Source: an uncultured delta proteobacterium (GTDB lineage: Bacteria; Desulfobacterota; Binatia; HRBIN30; BPIQ01). Taken from it: a stretch of DNA of 64,000 nt. The position numbers were made by a program, and so were the translations under genes. Below, piece by piece: positions 55,292 through 64,000 of the stretch. The stretch lies in the NCBI GenBank assembly GCA_963761335.1, contig CAVXGR010000004.1, positions 1-64,000 on the forward strand, read 5' to 3'. The stretch's first letter is position 1. Every line of letters starts with the position of its first letter. The notes below the pieces were generated by a model. That model saw nothing but the letters and a program-made list of their open reading frames with translations. It did no database searches and was not told the origin of the DNA.

Positions 55292-56320
55292 ATGGAACCG
55301 GCGGAGATGCGCGAACGGCTCGGGGCGTTCATTGCCGCGCAGACCGGTGCCGGCGCCGTGAGCATCGAGGGTCTGGGGCGCTTGCCCGGCGGTGCCTCGC
55401 GCGAGACCTGGTCGTTCGATGCCGTCTTCGATGCGGGATCCGGGCCGCAGCGCCTGGCGCTGGTGCTGCGCCGCGATCCCGGTCGCACCACCATGGACAC
55501 CAGTCGCCGGGAGGAGTTCGTGCTGCATCAGGCGCTGCGCGCCGAGGGCGTGCCGGTGCCGCGCGTCTACTGGCTCGCGGATGAGGCCGACACCCTCGGC
55601 GCTCGCTTCTTCGTCATGGAGCGCATCGACGGCGAGACCCTGGCGCGGCGACTGCTGCGCGACCCGGAGTACGCGCGGGCGCGGCAGGTGATGACGGCGC
55701 AGCTCGGAGGCATCCTGGCGCGGATCCATGCCGTCGATCGGCATCGCCACCGGCTCGACTTCCTTCCCGAGCCGCCGCCCGACGAGTCGCCGGCGGCCGC
55801 GGAGGTCGAGCGCTACGATCAGATCTACCGCATGGTCGCTGCCGATCCTCATCCGGTGATCGAGATCGCCCTGCGCTGGCTGCGGCAGAACCTGCCGGCG
55901 GGAGTGCAGCGGACGCTGGTCCACGGCGACTTTCGTATCGGCAACGTCATCTTCGGCCCTGAGGGCGTGCGCTCGATTCTCGACTGGGAGCTGGCTCATG
56001 TCGGCGATCCGATGGAGGACCTCGGCTGGATGTGCGTGCGCTCCTGGCGCTTCGGCAGCGACGACAAGCCGGTGGGCGGCATCGGCGAGCGCCGCGAGCT
56101 GTTCACCGCCTATGAGGAGGCGGGCGGCAGGCAGGTGGACGCCGAACGGGTGCGCTTCTGGGAGGTGTTCGGAAACTTGAAGTGGGGAATCATCACCATC
56201 AGCCAGGCGCGCACCTATCTCGAGGGCGGGGTGCGCAGCGTCGAGCTCGCCAGCCTGGGACGGCGCACGGCGGAGATGGAGCTGGAGCTTCTCGATCTGA
56301 TCGACGGGGGTGCTGGATGA
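55292..56320 (+). CDS. APH-family phosphotransferase (ACAD10/11 N-terminal-like)
   Basis: GGASRETW, FFVME, LVHGDFRIGN, LDWELAHVGDPMEDLGW. Confidence 0.9.
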   Translation: MEPAEMRERLGAFIAAQTGAGAVSIEGLGRLPGGASRETWSFDAVFDAGSGPQRLALVLRRDPGRTTMDTSRREEFVLHQALRAEGVPVPRVYWLADEADTLGARFFVMERIDGETLARRLLRDPEYARARQVMTAQLGGILARIHAVDRHRHRLDFLPEPPPDESPAAAEVERYDQIYRMVAADPHPVIEIALRWLRQNLPAGVQRTLVHGDFRIGNVIFGPEGVRSILDWELAHVGDPMEDLGWMCVRSWRFGSDDKPVGGIGERRELFTAYEEAGGRQVDAERVRFWEVFGNLKWGIITISQARTYLEGGVRSVELASLGRRTAEMELELLDLIDGGAG

Positions 56321-56703
56321 ATGACCGTCCGACGGCGGTGGAGCTGCTCGAGGCCGTGCGCCACTTCCTCGAGACCGACGTGGTGCCGGCCCTCGAGGGG
56401 ACGCGCAAGTTCCACGCCCGCGTCGCCGCCAACCTGATGTCCGTCCTGGCGCGCGAGTGGGAGCTCGAGGAGCCACAGCTCGACGCCGAATGGGAGCGCC
56501 TCGCGGCACTGCTCGGCGGCGCCGAGCAGCGGCCGGTGCCGCGCGCCGAGCGGCGCGCGGCGGTGCGCGCCCTCAGCGAGCGGCTCTGCGAGCGAATCCG
56601 CGCCGGCGACGCCGATGCCGGCCCCTGGCGGCGCCAGGTGCTCGAGCACCTGCGCCGGACCGGGCGCGACAAGCTCGCCGTCTCCAACCCGAAGTTCGTT
56701 TGA
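56317..56703 (+). CDS. conserved partner protein of APH phosphotransferase (DUF6285-like)
   Basis: DRPTAVELLEAV..FL, FHARVAAN, KLAVSNPKF; start overlaps the upstream stop. Confidence 0.75.
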   Translation: MNDRPTAVELLEAVRHFLETDVVPALEGTRKFHARVAANLMSVLAREWELEEPQLDAEWERLAALLGGAEQRPVPRAERRAAVRALSERLCERIRAGDADAGPWRRQVLEHLRRTGRDKLAVSNPKFV

Positions 56704-56717
56704 GGAGCGCCGCCAGA

Positions 56718-56788
56718 CTGGGAGCGCGGCCGTCCCGGCCGCAAGTGGCTGTCAAAGAGCAGAGGCGGCCAAGATGGCTGCGTACCAG
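56718..56788. repeat. GGGAGCGCGGCC REP-like palindrome
   Basis: CTGGGAGCGCGGCCGTCCCGGCCGC…GCGGCCAAGATGGCTGCGTACCAG. Confidence 0.65.
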
Positions 56789-56839
56789 CAGGCCGCTGCC
56801 TGCTTGACGGCCGCGGCAGCGAACCGCCATCATCGGCGC

Positions 56840-57721
56840 GTGGAGATCACGCCCGAGACCGTTCGCGACGGCCTGCGCCGCTCGCGCTACATCACCACCG
56901 AGCGCGTCGAGACGGTGCTCTATCTGGCGCTGGTGCTGGAGAAGCCGCTGCTGATCGAAGGGCCGGCCGGGGCCGGCAAGACGGAGATCGGCAAGGTGTT
57001 GGCCGAGACCCTGCACACCGATCTCATCCGCCTGCAGTGCTACGAGGGGCTCGACGAGGCCAAGGCGCTCTATGAGTGGAACTACCAGAAGCAGCTCCTC
57101 CGCATCCAGGGAGACCGCGCCCAGGACCTCACCTGGGACGAGGTCGAGCAGCACATCTTCTCGCGCGAGTACCTGCTCGAACGTCCCCTGCTGCGCGCCG
57201 TCTCCTCCCCGCAGCGCGCCGTTCTGCTGATCGACGAGATCGACAAGGCGGACGAGGAGTTCGAGGCCTTCCTCCTCGAGCTGCTCTCGGACTTCCAGGT
57301 GAGCGTGCCGGAGCTGGGGACCATTCGCGCCGCGCACCGCCCGGTGGTGGTGCTGACCTCGAACCGCGCCCGCGAGCTGTCGGAGGCGCTCAAGCGGCGC
57401 TGCCTCTATCTCTGGCTCGATTTCCCCGGGATCGAGAAGGAGCGCGAGATCGTCGCTCTCAAGGTTCCCGAGCTCGAGCCGCGGCTCCAGGAGCAGGTGG
57501 CGCGCTTCGTCAACGCCCTCCGCAAGCTCGACCTGCGCAAGGCGCCGAGCATCGCCGAGACCCTCGACTGGGCGCGGGCACTCAAGGCGCTCGGCGTCAA
57601 GGAGCTCGACAGCGCCGCCGTGCGGCAGACGCTCAACCTGGTGCTCAAGCACGAAGAGGACCTGCGCAAGGCCGAGGCGAAGACGGGCGCGCTCATCTCG
57701 GCGGCGCAGAAGACTGCGTGA
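56840..57721 (+). CDS. MoxR-family AAA+ ATPase (CoxD-like)
   Basis: EGPAGAGKTE, RLQCYEGLD…YEWNY, LIDEIDKAD, ALKRRC. Confidence 0.92.
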   Translation: MEITPETVRDGLRRSRYITTERVETVLYLALVLEKPLLIEGPAGAGKTEIGKVLAETLHTDLIRLQCYEGLDEAKALYEWNYQKQLLRIQGDRAQDLTWDEVEQHIFSREYLLERPLLRAVSSPQRAVLLIDEIDKADEEFEAFLLELLSDFQVSVPELGTIRAAHRPVVVLTSNRARELSEALKRRCLYLWLDFPGIEKEREIVALKVPELEPRLQEQVARFVNALRKLDLRKAPSIAETLDWARALKALGVKELDSAAVRQTLNLVLKHEEDLRKAEAKTGALISAAQKTA

Positions 57722-58818
57722 AGCAGCGCCTAGTCGGCTTCGTCGAGGCGCTGCGCGGTGCGGGCGTCGCCTGCAGCGTCAGCGAGAGCCTCGACGCCGT
57801 CGCCGCCGTCTCCGCCGCGGGCGTCGAGCGGCGGGTGATGCGCGAGGCGCTGGCAGCGACGCTGGTGAAGGACCACGCCGATCGCCCGACCTTCGACGAG
57901 GTGTTCGAACGCTACTTCGCGGTACCGGGACGACAGCGCGGCAAAGGCCAGCGGCCGCAGCCTTCGGAGGAGGGCGAGGGCCGCGGGCACGGGGAGGGCG
58001 AGGGCAGGGGAGAGCCGCGCCGCGATGGCAAGGTCGGCCGCGCGGCGCAGGAGCGGCGACAGCACGAGTCCCGCCCGGCACAGCTGCTGGCACATCGGCG
58101 GGCGCTGCGCAGCCGTCCATTTCGGGAGATGAGCGGCCGCGAGGTGGAGGAGGCGGAAGAGCTGCTCGAGGAGATCGGGCGGCGCTTTCGCAGCCGCTGG
58201 TCGCGGCGGCGGCGGCGCGCCACACGCGGCCGTCTCGACATGCGGCGCACGATTCGCCGCGCCATGGGGCGCGGCGGCGTACCCCTCGAGCTGCTGCTGC
58301 GCCGGCCGCGGCCGGGGAAGAGCAACCTCGTGGCCCTCGTCGATCTCTCGCACTCGACGGAGACGGCCGCCCGCTTTCTTCTGGCCCTGCTGGCGCCGGC
58401 GCGGCGCTTCTTCCGCCGCGTCACCATGCTTGCCTACGTGGATGCCTGCGTCGAGGTCTCGTTCGAGAGCGGCCACGTGGTGCCCCATGCGGGGCTCGAC
58501 CTGCAGGCGCGCTCCGACTTCGGGCGCGTTCTGGAGCAGGTGGGCGCCGCCTACGGGGCCGAGGTCGACCGCGACACGGTGTTCCTCGTGCTCGGCGATG
58601 CGCGCAACAACCGCCGCCCGCCGCGCATCGATCTGCTGGCGCGCCTGCACCGCCAGGCGCGCACCGTCGTGTGGCTCAACCCCGACCCGCCGGAGCGCTG
58701 GAACACCGGCGATAGCGTCATGGCCACCTACGCGCGCGAGATAGACGTGCTGCTTGCGGCGCACGATCTGCGCAGCCTCGAAGCGGCGCTGTCGCGCCTG
58801 GTGAGAGCCGCCGCCTGA
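57718..58818 (+). CDS. VWA-domain protein (CoxE-like)
   Basis: LDMRRTIR, DLSHS MIDAS-like motif, LGDARNN, WLNP…WNTGDS. Confidence 0.88.
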   Translation: MKQRLVGFVEALRGAGVACSVSESLDAVAAVSAAGVERRVMREALAATLVKDHADRPTFDEVFERYFAVPGRQRGKGQRPQPSEEGEGRGHGEGEGRGEPRRDGKVGRAAQERRQHESRPAQLLAHRRALRSRPFREMSGREVEEAEELLEEIGRRFRSRWSRRRRRATRGRLDMRRTIRRAMGRGGVPLELLLRRPRPGKSNLVALVDLSHSTETAARFLLALLAPARRFFRRVTMLAYVDACVEVSFESGHVVPHAGLDLQARSDFGRVLEQVGAAYGAEVDRDTVFLVLGDARNNRRPPRIDLLARLHRQARTVVWLNPDPPERWNTGDSVMATYAREIDVLLAAHDLRSLEAALSRLVRAAA

Positions 58819-58827
58819 GAACAAGGG

Positions 58828-58875
58828 AGAAGCGCCGTTCCGGCGCTTCCGGAAGCGGCGAGACGCCGCTTCTAC
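58828..58875. repeat. GTAG-type REP doublet
   Basis: AGAAGCGCCGTTCCGGCGCTTCC…AAGCGGCGAGACGCCGCTTCTAC. Confidence 0.75.
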
Positions 58876-58958
58876 CTTGGGCCGCCCTCGCCGCTGGAAT
58901 TCCGGCGGGGGAGGTGCATGAATCCTTGTGCAAATCTGCGATCATCCAGAGGAGACCC

Positions 58959-59816
58959 ATGCGATTGATCACGTTTGAAAGTGGAGGCCAGCGCCGTATC
59001 GGGGCGCAGACCGCGAGCGGCATCGTCGATCTCGCGGTCGCCGCACCGGCGCTGCCGCGCACGGCGATCGAGCTGCTCGCCGCCGGGCCGCGGGCGATGA
59101 AGACGGCGATCGCCGCCAGTGCACGGGCACGGGAGGACGGTGTCGGGCTGATGGCCGCGGCCGGCGTGCGGCTGTGCGCGCCCATTCCGCGGCCCGGCAA
59201 GATTCTCGGTATCGGCCTCAACTACCGGGACCACGCCGCCGAGACCGGACGGCCGACGCCGGAGGTGCCGCTGGTCTTTTCGAAGGCGGTGACCGCCGTC
59301 ATCGGGCCGGGGGACGCCATCGTCATTCCTCCGGTGTCGTCGGCGATCGATTTCGAGGGCGAGCTGGCGGTGGTCATCGGCCGCACGGCGCGCCGCGTGT
59401 CCGCTTCCGCCGCTCTGGCACACGTCGCCGGCTATACCGTGATGCTCGACATCACGGCGAGGGACTATCAGCAACGCAGCGGCCACTGCATGGGCAAGTC
59501 GTTCGACACCTTTGCGCCGATGGGCCCGGTGCTGGTCACCGCCGAGGAGATCGCCGACCCCGCCGGCCTGTCGTTGCGCACCACGGTGAGCGGCGAGCTC
59601 ATGCAGCAGTCCGACACCGGGCAGCTGATCTTCGGGGTGCCGCAGCTGATCGAGTACATCTCCGCCGGGGTAACCCTCGAGCCCGGAGACGTGATCACCA
59701 CCGGCACCCCGGCCGGCGTCGGCTTCGCCCGCCGCCCGCCGCGCTTCCTGCGCGCCGGCGACACGGTGCGCGTCGAGATCGAGAGTATCGGGGTCCTGGA
59801 AAATCCGGTGGTGTGA
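58959..59816 (+). CDS. fumarylacetoacetate hydrolase family protein
   Basis: GIGLNYRDH, DFEGEL, GKSFDTF, GDVITTGTP. Confidence 0.93.
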   Translation: MRLITFESGGQRRIGAQTASGIVDLAVAAPALPRTAIELLAAGPRAMKTAIAASARAREDGVGLMAAAGVRLCAPIPRPGKILGIGLNYRDHAAETGRPTPEVPLVFSKAVTAVIGPGDAIVIPPVSSAIDFEGELAVVIGRTARRVSASAALAHVAGYTVMLDITARDYQQRSGHCMGKSFDTFAPMGPVLVTAEEIADPAGLSLRTTVSGELMQQSDTGQLIFGVPQLIEYISAGVTLEPGDVITTGTPAGVGFARRPPRFLRAGDTVRVEIESIGVLENPVV

Positions 59817-59860
59817 ACCCGTTTTGCCCAACGAATCGGGCCCACGGTGCCGTCGCCGAA

Positions 59861-59950
59861 GGTTGTTAGGTTGTTGCGTTGTTGGTTGTTGGTTGTTGGT
59901 AAGAAGGGGTGAACTGACCTGACAACCTAACAACGTAGCAACCAACAACC
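59861..59950. repeat. inverted heptamer tracts
   Basis: GGTTGTT run followed by AACAAC run. Confidence 0.78.
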
Positions 59951-60064
59951 CGCCCGCAGCTATCGTTCATCCTGTTGGGCAAAGCCGGTGTGAACCCTCG
60001 CCCCGCCGCTTGGCGTATCGGTGGTTCTTGCGTTAGGCTGCGCGGACGTCCACAGGAGAGTGAG

Positions 60065-61486
60065 ATGACCACGCGCAGCGATCTGTACTATCGCTCGGCG
60101 ACGGATCTGTCGCAGATGATCCAGGGTGGCGAGCTGTCGCCGGTGGAGCTGATGCAGGCGACTCTGGAGCGCATCGAGGCGGTGAATCCGAAGCTCAACG
60201 CCTTCGTCAGCCTGCGGCCCCCGGAAGATCTGCTGGCGGAGGCGCAAGCGGTCGCCGACCGGCTCGGGCGGGGCGAGTCGCTCGGGCCGCTCGCCGGATT
60301 GCCGCTGGGGGTGAAGGATCTGGAGGAGGCCGCCGGTCTGCCGGTGACCCACGGATCGTTGCTGTTCAAAGACATGGTTGCCGACCACGACACCATTCAA
60401 GTGGAGCGCCTCAAGCGTGCCGGCGCCATCGTCATCGGCAAGACCAACACGCCCGAGTGCGGCTACACGGCCTTCACCAGCAACCGCGTGTACGGGACCA
60501 CGCGCAATCCGTGGAACCTGGAGCGAACTCCGGGCGGCTCGAGCGGCGGCTCGTCGTCGGCAGTTGCCGGCGGCCTGGTGGCGCTGGCGACGGCGTCCGA
60601 CGGCGGCGGCTCGGTGCGCATTCCGGCGAGCTACACGGGCCTGGTCGGCCTCAAGCCGACCAACGGGCGGATTCCCTGGGGCCCGGAGGAGATGCTGCGC
60701 GGCTCGGCGTGCATCGTCAGCGGACCGCTGACGCGCTCGGTGGCCGACGCGGCGCTGTGGCTCGACGTCACCGTCGGCCCCCATCCCCTCGATCCCTACT
60801 CGCTGCCGCATCCGGGCTTCTCCTACCGCGAGATTCTCGACCAGCCGCCGCCGGCGCTGCGCATCGCCTACAACCCCACGCTCGGCTACGCGCGCCTCGA
60901 GTCGCAGGTGCGCCGCGAGGTCGATGCCGGCGTCGCCGCTCTGCAGAAGATCGGGCACCGCGTCGATCTGGTGGAGGAGAAGTTTCCCGACGTGATCATC
61001 GACTGGGTGCGCCTGATGACCGCCGAGGATCTCGGTTTCCTGACGCCGCATCTCGGCGACGAGAGCCTGCTCGACCCCGGCTATCTTCCCGGCCTCAGTC
61101 TGGGGCGCCAGCTGACACCCGAAGGTCTCGGCGAGGTGCAGCGCGTGCGCACCAGTCTGCTTCGCCGCATGGCCGACCTCTTCGCGGATTACGACCTGCT
61201 GGCGACGCCGACGGTGCCGACCGTCGCCTTCGACGCCGAAGGGCCGCTGCCCTTCGAGATCGAGGGCAAGCCCCTGGAGACCCCCGGCGGCGGCATCGCC
61301 TTCACCTATCCGTTCAACTTCTCGGGCAACCCGGCGATCTCGCTGCGTGCCGGTCTGACCGACGAGCGCTTGCCCGTCGGGCTGCAGCTGGTAGCGCCTC
61401 GTCTGCGGGAGGATCTGTTGTTGCGGCTGGCGCGGCAGTACGAGGCGACGCGGCCGTGGAAGAACGAGTGGCCGCGGCTGGGCTAG
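60065..61486 (+). CDS. amidase signature family protein
   Basis: [29 protein letters not shown]. Confidence 0.94.
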   Translation: MTTRSDLYYRSATDLSQMIQGGELSPVELMQATLERIEAVNPKLNAFVSLRPPEDLLAEAQAVADRLGRGESLGPLAGLPLGVKDLEEAAGLPVTHGSLLFKDMVADHDTIQVERLKRAGAIVIGKTNTPECGYTAFTSNRVYGTTRNPWNLERTPGGSSGGSSSAVAGGLVALATASDGGGSVRIPASYTGLVGLKPTNGRIPWGPEEMLRGSACIVSGPLTRSVADAALWLDVTVGPHPLDPYSLPHPGFSYREILDQPPPALRIAYNPTLGYARLESQVRREVDAGVAALQKIGHRVDLVEEKFPDVIIDWVRLMTAEDLGFLTPHLGDESLLDPGYLPGLSLGRQLTPEGLGEVQRVRTSLLRRMADLFADYDLLATPTVPTVAFDAEGPLPFEIEGKPLETPGGGIAFTYPFNFSGNPAISLRAGLTDERLPVGLQLVAPRLREDLLLRLARQYEATRPWKNEWPRLG

Positions 61487-61500
61487 GTCGCTCTGCGCGA

Positions 61501-61974
61501 GTGGGCGCCGTGTCGTCGGCGCGCGCCGGGGTCTCGCCGGCGGATGCCGCCGGATTGCGCGAGGTGGCCCGCTACCGGGTCATCTTCGGCGACTGTGATC
61601 CGATGCGCATCATGTACTACGGCAGCTACTTTCGGCTCTTCGAGATCGGCCGCGCCGAGCTCTTCCGCCTCCTCGGCCATCCGTTCCCGCGCTACATTGC
61701 CCGCGGCCTCTATCTCGGTGTCATCGAGACGCGCTGTCGCTACCACCGGCCGGCGCGCTACGACGACGATCTGATCATTCGCGCCGGAGTGCTGGAGGTG
61801 GGCAGGGCGCGGCTGGAGATCGGCTACCAGATTTGCGGCGAAGACGGCGTGCTGCTGGCGAGCGGCTCGACGACGCATGCGGTGCTCGACGACGCCGGCC
61901 GCCCACAGCGGATCCCCGCCGAGTTCCGCGCCGCGGCTCAACGCCGTCCCGAGGCGGCGGCCACCGACGAGTGA
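61501..61974 (+). CDS. acyl-CoA thioesterase (4HBT/YbgC hot-dog fold)
   Basis: RVIFGDCDPMRIMYYGSYF..FE.GR and YHRPARYDD; start uncertain. Confidence 0.85.
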   Translation: MGAVSSARAGVSPADAAGLREVARYRVIFGDCDPMRIMYYGSYFRLFEIGRAELFRLLGHPFPRYIARGLYLGVIETRCRYHRPARYDDDLIIRAGVLEVGRARLEIGYQICGEDGVLLASGSTTHAVLDDAGRPQRIPAEFRAAAQRRPEAAATDE

Positions 61975-63122
61975 TGCGTCTGGCGCACCATCCGGCGGCG
62001 CAGCGCTTTGGGCAGCGCCTCGGGCATCTCGGCAAGAACGCCCTCGGCTGGATTCTCGACCGCATTCTGCCGGTGCCTCCCAACTGCGCGCCGGAGACGT
62101 TGCCGGCGGTTCGGCGCGTCCTGCTGGTGCGGCCCAACTTCCGCATCGGCAACACGCTGATGACCACGCCGCTGGTGCTGGCCTTGCGCCGGCGTTTCCC
62201 GCAGGCGCAGCTCGACTATCTCGCCGGAGACAGCACCGCGGTGCTGCTGCGCGGACTTCCCATCGATCGCGTCTACTGCGTGTCGCGGCGCTCGATCGCC
62301 CGTCCCTGGCAGTTCCTCGCCCTCTTCTGGCGGCTGCGGCGGGTCGGCTACGACGTCGCCGTCGAGGCCGGCCTCGGATCGTTCTCCGGCGCTCTCTACG
62401 CCTATCTCTGCGGCGCCCGCTATCGCATCGGCTGCAGCGGCCGCGGCGATCGCTTCCTGAACGTGCGCCTGCCACCGTTCCCGGTGGCCCACGTCTACGA
62501 CAGCCCGGTTGCCTTTGCGCGTCTGCTGGGCAGCGATTGCCCCGACGCGCCCGTCTACCAAGTGCTCGATGACGAGAAGGCGGTGGCCCGCCGCATTCTC
62601 GCCGGCCTCGGTCTGATGCGCGGCGAGGTCGCGGCGCCATTCGCGGCAGTGTTCATCGGCGGCCATCAGGACAAGCGCTGGCCGGCGGAGCAATGGCTCG
62701 AGCTCGGTCGCGAGCTCGTCGCTGCTGGAGGGCGACTGCTGATGTTTCTCGGCCCGGAGGAGCTGGGACTCGAGGAGCGACTGCGACGGGAGCTGCCGGC
62801 GGCGGTGCGCCTTCTCCGCCCGCAGCCGCTGCGCACATTTGCCGCCATCCTGGCCGAGTCGCGTCTGGTGATCACTCCCGACTCGGGGCCGATGCACCTG
62901 GCGGCGGCGCTCGGTGTGCCGATGATCGCCCTCCTGCAGACCCAGCAGTCGCAGCTCTACCGGCCGCGGCGCGAGCACGACCGCGCCCTCATGGGCCCAA
63001 CCGTGGCACAGGCGGTCGCCGCCGTCACTGCGCACCCGAGCTGGGAGGGGCTGGCCGACACAGGAAGAAAAGAGAATGGAGAATGGAGAACCGGTGATGG
63101 AGAATTGAGAACCGGTCAATGA
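61974..63122 (+). CDS. glycosyltransferase family 9 (heptosyltransferase-like)
   Basis: RIGNTLMTTP, KRWP, DSGPMHLAAALG. Confidence 0.9.
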   Translation: MRLAHHPAAQRFGQRLGHLGKNALGWILDRILPVPPNCAPETLPAVRRVLLVRPNFRIGNTLMTTPLVLALRRRFPQAQLDYLAGDSTAVLLRGLPIDRVYCVSRRSIARPWQFLALFWRLRRVGYDVAVEAGLGSFSGALYAYLCGARYRIGCSGRGDRFLNVRLPPFPVAHVYDSPVAFARLLGSDCPDAPVYQVLDDEKAVARRILAGLGLMRGEVAAPFAAVFIGGHQDKRWPAEQWLELGRELVAAGGRLLMFLGPEELGLEERLRRELPAAVRLLRPQPLRTFAAILAESRLVITPDSGPMHLAAALGVPMIALLQTQQSQLYRPRREHDRALMGPTVAQAVAAVTAHPSWEGLADTGRKENGEWRTGDGELRTGQ

Positions 63123-63200
63123 CGGGCCCCTCGCGAATCTAGTTCACCCCGTTCACCGGTTCTCCATTCTCCATCACCGGTTTTTCATTCTCCATTCTCT
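63070..63200. repeat. inverted heptamer tracts (GAGAATG / CATTCTC) between convergent genes
   Basis: GAGAATGGAGAATGGAGAACCGGTGATGGAGAA mirrored by TTCTCCATTCTCCATCACCGGTT…CATTCTCCATTCTC. Confidence 0.78.
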
Positions 63201-63206
63201 TCTCTT

Positions 63207-64000
63207 TCAGGCGGCGGGGTTGTCGGCGGGGACGCGCACGTCGATGCCGTGGCGGATGCTGCGCGGATTCTTCCAACCATTCAGCTTTATCAACGTCTGC
63301 ACCGAGGTGCCGAAGCGGCGTGCGATCGACCAGGCGGTGTCGCCGCGCCGCACGCGGTAGATCGTGGTTGGCGCCGCATGTGCGATGCGCCGGCGGCGCC
63401 GCGGCGCCGCTTCGGCCACCGCCGTGCCGCCGCCGGGAATGTGGGCGTAGGTGCCGGCGCGTATGCTGCGGGCGCTCTTCCAGTGGTTGGCCCGCATCAG
63501 GGCGTGGACGGAGATCCCGAAGCGCTTGGCGATCCCGCTCGGTGAATCACCGCGCCGGATCTTGTAACGACCCTCGGTGCTGGCGATCATCGCCGGCTCC
63601 GCGTCGCGCGCCTCGCGGATCATCTCGGCATAGGCGACGACGAACTGCTCCTTGGTGCCCTCCGGCACGCGCACCCGATAGCCGCCCGGGTCGGGCGGGG
63701 TGACGCCGCGAAGCAGCTGCGGATTGAGCTCCTTGATCTCCTTTACCGAGACGCCGGCGAGCTTGGCGACGGCGCGCAGCGGCAGCGAGCGCTTCACCTT
63801 CACGTTGTCATAGCGCAGCGGCTGCAGATCGGGAGGCTCGAAGCCGTAATCTCCGGGGGAGCGGGCGATCTCCAAGGCGGCGAGGAACTGGGGCACGTAG
63901 TTCTGCGTCTCCGGAACCAGGTAGCCGCCGTCGGCCATATCCCAGAAATTGTCGGAGCCGCTCTTGTCGAGCATCCGGGCGACGCGGAACTCGCCGGTGT
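63207..64000 (-). CDS. MltD-like lytic transglycosylase with LysM repeats (5' part outside window)
   Basis: ETQNYVP, LNPQL, and LysM repeats YKIRRGDS and YRVRRGDTAWSIA. Confidence 0.87.
   Translation of the reverse strand, partial: TGEFRVARMLDKSGSDNFWDMADGGYLVPETQNYVPQFLAALEIARSPGDYGFEPPDLQPLRYDNVKVKRSLPLRAVAKLAGVSVKEIKELNPQLLRGVTPPDPGGYRVRVPEGTKEQFVVAYAEMIREARDAEPAMIASTEGRYKIRRGDSPSGIAKRFGISVHALMRANHWKSARSIRAGTYAHIPGGGTAVAEAAPRRRRRIAHAAPTTIYRVRRGDTAWSIARRFGTSVQTLIKLNGWKNPRSIRHGIDVRVPADNPAA

Overview
A high-GC bacterial chromosomal window; the gene content and secreted Cys-rich protein suggest a deltaproteobacterial-like lineage such as Binatota (inference only). It begins with the 5' half of a tRNA, a cytochrome c and a large secreted Cys-rich protein behind a structured leader. 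These are followed by a TTQ amine dehydrogenase operon (mauBEDA-like plus cytochrome c; no mauG or amicyanin in the window) and a RiPP-like or glyco-modification cluster (nucleotidyltransferase, PqqD/RRE with a fused leader-like tail, HprK-related kinase, GT2, GT4, GT4-nucleotidyltransferase fusion; no lasso cyclase or peptidase). The rest is mostly metabolic and envelope genes: LpoA-like lipoprotein, ROK kinase, Ntn acylase, USP, GalK-like kinase with nucleotidyltransferase, acyl-CoA ligase, a divergent PEPCK-like protein, panE, a JAB peptidase, desaturase, ilvD, luxE-like, purC, luxC-like with aminotransferase, ABC1 kinase, SLT, histidine kinase, mutS2, CoxD/E-like, amidase, GT9 and an MltD-like gene. 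Two unlisted small ORFs sit behind a sigma-54 promoter. Intergenic space holds several repeat families. The most striking is a nested system: a 72-bp host element (19-bp inverted repeats around a 34-bp spacer of variable sequence) into which a second, variable-cargo element inserts at the same CTG/CAG site with CTG repeated at both ends, building a three-unit tandem array at 40.6-41.8 kb. No transposase, integrase or CRISPR array is visible. All product calls come from motif recognition, not database searches.
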